This document shows positions 1 through 9,498 of a stretch of 64,000 nucleotides of DNA, in pieces. The notes below the pieces were generated by a model, which did no database searches, was not told the origin of the DNA, and saw only the letters and a program-made list of their open reading frames with translations. A program made the position numbers and the translations under genes. Source of the stretch: Geosiphon pyriformis uo1 (taxonomy: Eukaryota; Fungi; Glomeromycota); contig JAAOMT010000283.1 of the NCBI GenBank assembly GCA_016748015.1, forward strand, positions 128,108-192,107, given 5' to 3'. The first letter of the stretch is position 1; each line of letters starts with the position of its first letter.

Positions 1-384
1 TGGCCCATTTCTTTATTTTCTTTTATTTTATTTTCTTTTATTTTCTTTTCTTTTTTTGATTTTATTTGTTGTATACTAATTGATTGAGGATTAAAGCACT
101 AAAATACAGATGTTATAGTTACTGGTAAAAAATCCAGAAATAAGAGTAAAACACTCATAGATTTGAGGATAACTTACCAGGAGGATTACCGGCCACCACA
201 CTGAGAAAAAAATTTGATGGAATTGCAATTCTAGGAGGCTACTGAAAACAACTATTAAATTTCTGTTTATTATACAAAGAACTTCACAACCCAAAACCTT
301 CAGATATCTACATCCGAGTATCAACTAAGTACCAAGTTACGGATTTGTTATTTGACTTGAGACCCCAAATAATCATCTATAACA
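1..384 (+). repeat. Gypsy LTR, 3' part (runs off the window start)
   Basis: Colinear with 9121-9498 (shared blocks ACTGGTAAAAAATCC, GATTACCGGCCACCA, CTGAGAAAAAAATTTGATGGAATTG, ACCCCAAATAATCA). Ends in ...TAACA. Confidence 0.85.
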
Positions 385-995
385 AAACATCCATTACAAA
401 GCTAAAAAAATTTTCTAGTGAAGAAGACAATGTCCAAACATGGATCAATGATATTGTCAAAGCCATTATCGCCAATAACTGGAATAATACCAGAGCCCTT
501 CAAGCAATTCCCTATTTTTTTCAGGATGCTACCAATTCATGATATCATAGTCTAGCTCAGAAACCCCAAACATTTGATGTATTTAAATTGGAATTTTTAA
601 GATATTTTAGTAACAGCAACAGCATTAATCACTTGGTCAACACCTTCACTATTATCAAACAGGGAGATACTGAAGCAGTCACCACTTACTTAAGATGTTT
701 CCATCAAAATCTGTGCCAAATACAAGCCATCAATGCCAATTACTGCAGATTACACAGTAGCATTCTGCAATGCATACATCTAATACATTCAGCAGACCTT
801 CAAGCTGCAATTACACATGCCAAAGATTTTGAAACAGCTAAACTCAAAGCCAACCATGCTCAAGCCATCAATCTAGTGATAAATAGATTATCTGAATTAG
901 ATTCCAAATTGAAACAATTCAGTGATTCAATTAATCAAAAATTGGAAAGATACTTAACTAACAATTGCACAATTTATTAACCACCACAATGACGC

Positions 996-1975
996 TGTTA
1001 CCAGACAAAATTAGAGATATTATTTAGCATGAAATTATCTTATAATTCCTATCATTAATTAGCATATATTATTGTTTTAAATGATTACTTATTATATTAG
1101 CAAAAATGTCTGAAATTATCATTTAATTAATAACCCAAATTGTACACAACACCAATGTAACCTAATTGCAATGATCAATCATGCAATACCCCGAACTATA
1201 TAACATTCAAAAAGTTTGCCGAAATTTGTAAAAATTCGCCGAAATAATTGATAGTTCACCGAAATATCTAATAGTTTGCCGAAATAACTTATAGTTTGCC
1301 GAAATGTATCTTTAGTTCAGCGAAATTGTAGAAAATAGCAAAGTTCGAGTTCATAGAATAGTGTTACGACAAGTTGTATAAAAAAAGAGCTTCTCTCTTC
1401 GAGAAAATGTATCTTACTTTAGATTTATCTCTTAAAACCGTTCTTATACACACAAAAAGAAATAAATATCAAATAATTCGAAAAACCAAATTCTTTAATT
1501 ATTGTATTTGGAAAATCTCCAAAACTCAACTAACATTTTGAAATTGATTAGCTACCAATTTCAGTAAACTGTTAGTGACTCCAGGCCTGAATAGAAAATG
1601 TTTCCCTTGATAAGATCTTATTTCTTTTACACTTCTTTTATTTTTCTTTCTTTTCTTATTACAATCATTAGGGTAGTCTACAGACGAGATCCCTGTAGAA
1701 GAGTTGACTTTCACAGCAAAGTAACTACACATTTTTAGTGAGCTTCCAGATGAGCAATTCCTGGGAAAGAGTTGACATTTACTACAACGTAACTACATAA
1801 AGCAACTGGCACAGAATTGGCCATTCCACTCATAAGCCCAGCAAGTTTAAATTATAGGAGATAATTTAAAGATAAATTCAGTTACTGGAGGTTCAACTAC
1901 ATCCAGAAAACATGAATTCACAGCAAATAAGTATCAACAACATTACAGAAAAGAGACCAAAAACCTCCGGTAACA
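996..1975 (+). mobile_element. Solo LTR of a different family inserted in gag
   Basis: Termini TGTTACCAGA...TCCGGTAACA (9/10 inverted match). 4-bp TSD ACGC (992-995) / ACAC (1976-1979). Removing it restores gag PPQ(R)RNNSGN. TATA-like TATAAAA at about 1377 suggests + orientation. Confidence 0.88.
1212..1326 (+). repeat. About 6 tandem ~20-bp units, core AGTT(T/C)GCCGAAAT, inside the solo LTR (U3 enhancer-like)
   Basis: AGTTTGCCGAAAT, ATTCGCCGAAAT, AGTTCACCGAAAT, AGTTTGCCGAAAT twice and AGTTCAGCGAAAT, separated by 6-9 nt AT-rich linkers. Confidence 0.85.
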
Positions 1976-4321
1976 ACACAATAATTCAGGAAACATGAAT
2001 TGTTTCCAAAATCAGTCACATCCATCATCATCTCCAAATTAGCCATGGTAACAAGAAACACATGTTTGCCATAACTGTGGTAAACAAGGACATTTGAGAA
2101 TTGACTGTAGGTTAAGACTAAATAACCAATAATCGGAAAATCAACATCAAAACTCTAATTACAGGTTTCAGACTTTGAATTATCAATCAAACCCAGAACC
2201 ATATCAACCAAATTACCTACCTATGACACAACAGCCAATCTATTAACCACTAGTTTATTAGCTGACAACACCAGTAATTTATTAACTGCAGTTTCAGCCT
2301 ATCTATCAGCCACAGTCTCAAATAATCTATCAACCCCAACAAATTTAAACACCACCACAAAACTTAATTTAAAATGGAACCCAAAGGCCAAGACTGACAC
2401 AACAGAGCTGAAGATTATTGATAGTAGTCCATCAACTGATCTTTAGTTTTTCAACCCAGCCATTAGGACTTTGACAATGGAATTTGAGTACTGAGTACAC
2501 CCAACACCCAAATGCCCAACACTATTTAAGTCTCCTGGTTATTCCAGAAGACACCTTATCCAACAACTTAGAAACAAACCAGAAATCACTTATTAGTAAC
2601 ATACCACTAGCCACCATTATGGAAGACGAGTCACTTGTAGCCATATTCCCCTTTAAAATTGAGGAACCATCAAAAACCTCTTTGTTCAGTAGAGCTGCAT
2701 TTAAGAAAAAACCCATCATGGCAATATACACTGATGCCAAAATTGATGGTCATTCCATTAAACTAATCTTAGATAGTGGATCAGCTGGCAGCATTATCAC
2801 AAGACAGCTCATGGACCAATTAGGTCACCAAATTGATTAACCTGCTAGTGCAAAGATAATTACTGCTGATGAAACCACCAAAACTCCAATTAGTGAAATA
2901 GATAACTTGTCCATCGAAGTCAATGGCATCATTGTATCAATTAAGGTATTAGTTATAGAAGCCACTAATACCAAGCTTTAGTAGGTAATGACTGGCTGTT
3001 CAAAACCAATACTATACTCAATTGAACCACCCAGGAACTACAACTTAGCCAAAATGGTTGACACATACGTGTACCAGCCATATGTAGCCACTTCAAATTT
3101 ATTACTATGCCATTAGCATCACTCATCAAGTTTGAAGAAAAGAAAAAAAAACCTACCTAAGAAGCCTACCAAGTTTCCTGGGCTAACACAAAACACAACA
3201 AACTATTGCTGATACCATTATGGGATGACAAAGAAAAAAAAAGAAAAGAAGAAAAACTTACCAGAGAAACTGACCAAAGTTATTGGAACAGTAATCACCA
3301 AAGCAAACAATTACCAATTTGGACTTGGGAAGAGAAAAGAAAAGAAAAAGAAGAAGAACCAGAACCAGCCACTATTCCAACATATATTCCATATACTTAC
3401 TCTCAACCACCACAATCGTATTATTGTCAACCAAAGCTTATATGCATCAATTGTGGCAAGAAATTGTTATCAATGAGTGCATGCTGTGGTGACAATGAGA
3501 AATACTTAATAGCAACTAAATTTTATTGCTGCCCATGCATCATTGAATGCTTTGGAAGACCAAAACAAGTTGGAAAATAGGATAATGAGCCATGCTTGAC
3601 TTGTGGAGAAACTTTCTTCAATGAAAGAATGTGGAATAACATTTCTGGGAGAGAAGGAACATGCAATAAATTGTGTTAGTACACAATTCTCATAAGTGAC
3701 TAGATAAGAAAAGAAACGCTCATAGATGCTGCTTAAAAATGAGTAGTCAAGCAATTAAATGGATGTCTACACAATAATGACAAAATTTGGCAAATGGCTC
3801 TCACCAAAATCGAAGGAGCATTACCAGAAGAAATAAGGACAATTAAAAATAACTCTCCTAAGCCCATAGAACTTGACTAGAACTCAGAACCAGTTCTAAA
3901 TCTCCTGGACCCAAAACAATTCCATGAACACTATCAGGAATTAGCACCCACTAGAGAGAAACAAGAGCAACAGTTGGAAGAAATAAATACAAGACTATGT
4001 AACCATTGTCTGATCTCATGTGACTTTCAATATTGTAATGAGTGTGATCTCATTTACAATCTACTACCATGCATGATCTACATAATTTCAAAAGAAAAAG
4101 AACCAATTAGCAGCTGCGCATCAGAATTGGAATCAACTTTTAATCCTAATTCAAACTCCGACAATGATGATGATAAAAACAATGATTCCAGCTCTGTTCA
4201 ATATAGCAATAAAAATAACAATGATTCAGACTCAGATTCAAACTCCAAAACCTATATCACACTCTTTGATCTCACCAAAGAACAGAAACTTAAATAGTTC
4301 AGCAATAATAATAAAGGTATT

Positions 4322-4712
4322 ATGTCAGAATGCATGCACAATACTGATGCAGAGTTTGATTTGAAATATCCGGAAAAAAATCCCATCAAATTAGAACCCC
4401 ATTCATGCATCTACATTGATCTCAAAATAGTACTAAAAATTTCAGCAACAATCATGATTCAATTAGCATCTAGAAATAGTTTAGCAAAAAAAGGAATCAA
4501 CATCAAAGGAGGAATAATTGATGCAGAATATGTAGGAAATATTATTGCTATGCTACAAAATAACTCAGAAAAGGCATATATTATAGATCTAAACAAAAAA
4601 ATAGCACAGGCAATATTCTTGTCTTTGGTTAAAATAGCTTAATTAGTATCAATAGAAAACAGAGAAGAATTAGAAATAACAACAAAAGGGATACAAGGAT
4701 TTGAATCAATGA
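4322..4712 (+). pseudogene. dut: Trimeric dUTPase domain within the Gypsy polyprotein
   Basis: All five dUTPase motifs in order, with G>A-type damage: DAEFDL (AGFDL), ASRNSL (RSSL), GGIIDAEYVG (IDxGYxG), IAQAIF, KGIQGFESM (RGxxGFGST). Confidence 0.9.
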
Positions 4713-6578
4713 ATAGAATAGATGTACCAGTCAATATGACAAAAGAAAAAATTATTGACAAAAGAGAAATTATCTCTACCTATCAACCAATTTCCATTCT
4801 ACCATATAACCAGTACATAGTAGTTATAGAGAGAAAAGTAAAGGATCAAGTTCAAATTTTTGAGGCAGAAGCAACACTTTGTGAATCAAAAGAAATTGGA
4901 TTAGTCAATCTACACATACCAGCCAAGAACCACAGTCACATTAAAATTCTCATTTACAACAATACAGGAAATATTATCAAGATATCAGAGAAAACTACTA
5001 TTAGATACTTAACCACCAAAATTGAAAATCAACTGCCAAACATTATTCCAGACTTTTTACAACTATGTGGATATGTAGATATTGCATCATAAACAATATA
5101 TGAATGAGAAGAATGTTATTTGCTCCAACCAGAACAATTGAAACAGATAAACTTGGAAAATCTAGATCCACTACAATGTATGCAACTCAAAATACTACTC
5201 AACAATTTCAATGACATTTTTGCCAGCAAAAATAAATTTGGCAGAATTGACATCATCCAACATTAAATTAAGACTGGAGATGCAATGCCAATTAAACAGA
5301 GAGCATACAGAATACCACCAGCCAGTTATGAGATTATTTGTCAAAAAATCAATTGAATGCTTGACAATGGGTTAATTCAACTATTGATGAGCCCATGGTT
5401 GTCATCAATAGTACTAGTTCATAAGAAGAATAGGAAAATTCACTTTTGTGTAAATTACTGGAAACTGAATAGAATAACAAAAAGAGATAACTATCCAACT
5501 CCAAAGATCCAAGAACTTTTCGATGCTTTTAGAGAGAAGAAATGGTTCTCAACTCTAGATTTAGACAGCAGTTACTGGCAAGTAGCTATGAAACCAAAAG
5601 ATAAAAAGAAGATGATGTTTACAATTTGAGAAGAAAATTTTGAATTTGAAGTAATGCCATTTGGATTAATGAATGCTCCAGCCACATTTCAATGACTCAT
5701 AGAAATTGTTTACACTGGATTACTGTGGAAATCTGTAGTTGTTTACTTAGACAACACAAATGTGTTTTCCAAGACATTTGATGATTATCTACATTATCTT
5801 CAACAAGTGTTTAAAAGATTGAGAAAAGCAGAATTGAAGTTGAATGTAAACAAATGTTTCTTTGAAAAAACAGAACTCAAATTTTTAGGACATGTTATAA
5901 GCAAAGATAGTATCAAAACGGATCCAGACAAGATTGCAATAGTAAAGAACTTTCCAGTATCAACCAACTTAACAGAACTAAGAGCATTTTTGGGATTTGC
6001 AAACTATTATCACTGCTTTATCAAGAACTTTTCTAAACTGGCTCAGCCATTTCATCATCTACAAACCAAAAATGTAAAGTACAAATGGACAGAAGCTCAA
6101 CAAAAAGCATTTGACACATTGAGAAGAAAACTTATTCAAGCTTCAGTATTGATGTATCCAGATCACAGCAAACTATTCATCATTATCACCAATACATTAG
6201 ACCAAGCATTAGGAGCAATACTATTACAGAGAGAACTGGATGGAAGAAAATATCCAATAGCTTATGCCAGTAGAAGCTTAAGTCCAACTAAAAAAAACTA
6301 TGGAATTCCAGCACTGGAACACTTAGCTATCTATTGGGCTGTTACCAAATAGAAAGAATACTTGAGTCAAAAGTTTGATGTATACACTGATTACAAAGAA
6401 TTGACTTCAATCCAAAAGCAAAAATTTGAAGATAATCATCATGCAAAATGGAAAATAGCACTATTACCATATACATTTACAGTACATTATAAAAAAGAAA
6501 AAGACAACAGAAATGCCAATGGTTTGTTACAAATAAGACAAATCTAAAAACATTTTAAACCCAAAAATATAACAAAAG

Positions 6579-7955
6579 ATGAATATACAAAAATACCAAT
6601 AACTCTAACATTATATAAATACCCAATTGTTCAAAGAAAAATTATCTCAAAAGGAACAAAACAACATAAAACAACAATCAAAATATTTTATCAACTACCA
6701 AAATATACTTTACCAGAAAAACAGAAAGAATCCAGATCAACCAACCAGAGTAATTACAGAACCAGAGAAAGAGACAATATTGTTCAATATGCACTCAGAT
6801 CCAACAGCAGAACATTTTCATAAAGAAGCAACCATAAAAAGAACCAGAAAAAGATACTATTAGCCATCAATGTATCCAGACATCATCCAATATGTTTAAA
6901 ATTGTGATGCTTGTCAAAGAAGAGAAGGAACAAAACCCAGTGAACCATTGGGACCCATCAAAGTAGAACAACCATTTAATCGTATCAGAATTGACTTAAT
7001 TAAACTATTAACAATTACCAGCAGAAGCAACAGATATATTGCAATAGTCATGAATTATCTCACAAAATGACCAGAAGCAAAAGCCATTCAAAGAGCAGAT
7101 GCAGAATTCATTGCTGAATTTGTTTATCAAGATTTAATCTGTCAACATGGATGTCCAAAAGAACTACTATCAGATCAAGGAACTCACTTTGTAAACAGAA
7201 TTTTAACAGAATTAAGTCAAAGATTTGGAATAAAAAGACCATTATTATTACCATATTATCCACAAACAAATAAATTAGTTGAAAGATTTAACAGAACATT
7301 GTATGAAGTAATTGCCAAGATCAGTCAAAAAAACCAGGATGAATAGGACTTGTTTATACCATCAATATTATTTGCTTATTGGACAATAAAACAAGACACT
7401 ACATAAGCAATACTATTTGAATTAGTATATAGTAAAACAGCAACATTACCAGTTGAGATGGAAATCAACACTTATTCAACAGAACCAATAACTAAAGACA
7501 ATTTTTAGAAAATATTGCTAAGAAGAACATATGACTTGATAGAAACACTAGAAAACAAACAGCAAAGAACAGCTGATAACATCCAAAAATTACAAGAAAA
7601 ACAAAAAAAAAGACATAATAACCAACTACCAGATAAACCAGTTAAATTCAAGATTGGAGACAAAATACTTTTACATCATACTAAAATAGAAAAACAATGG
7701 AGTAGAAAATTTGACCCCAAATGGGATGAACCATTTCACATAAAAAAAATTCTTGGAAATAAAGCTTATAAATTAAGATTGAACAACAAAATTTTAACCA
7801 AAGCAGCACATGGTAATTGACTAAAACTATATTACTATATAATGGCACCATCCACAAGTAATATTCCACAACTGAGAGTACAGCAAATATTAGTCCAACC
7901 AAATAAGATCTCATAAAATCTGGAACCAATTATAATCATTGGATCAAACACATAA
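6579..7955 (+). pseudogene. Retroviral-type integrase (HHCC zinc finger, DDE core, C-terminal SH3-like region), disrupted
   Basis: HSDPTAEHF..CDAC; IRIDLI; LSDQGTHF; PQTNKLVERFNRTL; FKIGDKILL..KWDEPFHI..AYKL. Starts at ATG 6579 in a different frame from RT/RNase H. Confidence 0.9.
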
Positions 7956-8013
7956 AATTGAACAATAAAAGAGTATATAAAGACATGGTAAACGTGATGA
8001 AAGACTTTAAAAA

Positions 8014-8652
8014 ATGGAGATTACTGATGACATCTACTTATTGACACAACAACTATTCCAACTGATTCAACAACAGAATATGGAAATTACTATTAACCAA
8101 CAAACCATTCAATACTGAGATATAAAAAAGATACCCAAATACACAATTCAAAAAAAAACAGAAAACACTATCAACAAAATGGTTCTGAAAATAAAATTAG
8201 CATTAGAAGAACCAATAAATATCACCACATATTAAGAATTGACCAAAAAAACTTGGAAATAGTAAATACTCGAATTTCCAAAGAACTTTTGTTACTTCTA
8301 CTTGGAACAATACTTGAACATTCAGAACTTATACATGGATAAAACAAAATAATTATTTGATACAACTATACTGCAAAAACTGGAACAATTTGTAGGAAAA
8401 AACAATTTAACTACACAAGCAAGAGCTATCTATCAGCTACATACTGAATTTCAAGACAGACCAGAAATCTTACTTAATTCAAAAATGAACTTCATTACAG
8501 TGAACCAAATAGGAAAAATAACCAACACCCAATTTGAAGAATTATAGAACAGGATAACACAAGTAATTCTCGAAAAAGAAGTTCAGAAAATACTCAAAAA
8601 TAGAGAATTAGAATTAGGAGATTTGGAAGATCTTGATGAAGCTCAATATTAA
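8014..8652 (+). pseudogene. Extra ORF3 of the Gypsy element (about 212 aa, unknown function)
   Basis: Single frame from ATG 8014 to TAA 8652 (MEITDDIYLLTQQLFQ...ELGDLEDLDEAQY) with no indel. Its 6 internal stops are all explainable as C>T or G>A changes. Confidence 0.65.
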
Positions 8653-8666
8653 AAAGAAGAGAATAA

Positions 8667-9498
8667 TATTACTTATAGAATATAAGAAGTATATTAACAT
8701 ATAAATTAGCCAATTAGAAGTAGGCACAGTAGATGTGAAATTCTAGGATTCCTCTCAAAAGAATTGCAGAATTCCAGGAATTTCAAAATTCTCATACAAA
8801 GAATCACAGAATTCCAGAATTTCAGGATTTCTCTCAAAAAAAATTGCAGGATTCCTGGAATTCCAGAATTCTTGGTGTGAGAAATCAAGGAATTGAGGAA
8901 TTTCAATTAGGTATATATAGCAGTAGTATTAGAAGTAAAAAAGACAGACCTCTCAGTTTAGATTTAATCTAAGCAATCTTTCTATTCACCAATAAATAAT
9001 TATTTACTATCTCAATTTACTTTTTATTATTAAGACTTTATGTTGATAATAATTGATACTTAATTACACTGGAACAATAGCTCTTAATTATGACTATTGA
9101 TGAGATACTAACTATTATTGTCTTGGCTTATTTTCTTATTTCTTATTTCTTTTATTTTTATTTCTTTTCTTTGTTGTTATTGATTAAAGGATTAAGCATT
9201 AAGATAAAGAGATCATAGAAACTGGTAAAAAATCCGTGAAACAAGAATAGAACACTCATAGATTTAAGGATAACTTACCAAAAAGATTACCGGCCACCAT
9301 ACTGAGAAAAAAATTTGATGGAATTGTAATTCCAGGAGGCTATTAAAACAACTATTAAATCTCTGTCCATTATACAAAAAACTCAACCAAAACCTTCAGA
9401 TCTATAAACACCTTCAGATATCAACACTAAAAAATCAATTAAGCACCAAGTTATGAGTTTGTTATTTGATTTAAAACCCCAAATAATCACCTGTAATA
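8667..9498 (+). repeat. Gypsy 3' LTR
   Basis: Follows the PPT AAAAAGAAGAGAA. Termini TATTAC...GTAATA (eroded TGTTAC...GTAACA). GAATTC-rich tandem repeats at 8737-8905, TATA-like TATATATAG at about 8913, and its 3' half matches 1-384. Confidence 0.88.

Larger units (their letters stand above)
385..6547 (+). pseudogene. Gag-Pol polyprotein (Gag/CCHC, aspartic protease, Cys-rich domain, dUTPase, RT, RNase H), disrupted
   Basis: Gag KFSSEED..WINDIVKAIIANNW. CCHC knuckle CHNCGKQGHLRIDC at about 2068-2109. Protease LILDSGSAG at about 2763-2790. RT motifs SPW, FCVNYWKLN, LDLDSSYWQ, MPFGL, YLDN (degenerate YLDD), FLGH. RNase H LGAILLQ..PIAYASRSL..YTDYKEL..NANGL. One frame apart from a 1-nt deletion near 2967; the solo-LTR insertion preserves frame. 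Confidence 0.92.
385..9498 (+). mobile_element. Degenerate Ty3/Gypsy LTR retrotransposon
   Basis: Domain order gag, protease, RT, RNase H, integrase, followed by a PPT (8651-8666) and a 3' LTR (8667-9498). Many premature stops. Confidence 0.95.

Noticed and set aside
1212-1326. Repeat-spacer-like array resembling a mini CRISPR
   Set aside because: Repeats are about 13 bp and spacers 6-9 bp, there are no cas genes, the context is eukaryotic, and it lies inside an LTR.
7650-8652. Chromodomain or env gene at the Gypsy 3' end
   Set aside because: The integrase C-terminus is SH3/GPF-like with no chromodomain motif. ORF3 lacks a signal peptide and transmembrane segment.
8667-9498. Classical CpA RIP, suggested by LTR termini TG>TA and CA>TA
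   Set aside because: CpA changes occur, but CpA/TpG persist in the deserts while TpC/GpA and CpG are preferentially lost, so a pure CpA signature does not fit.
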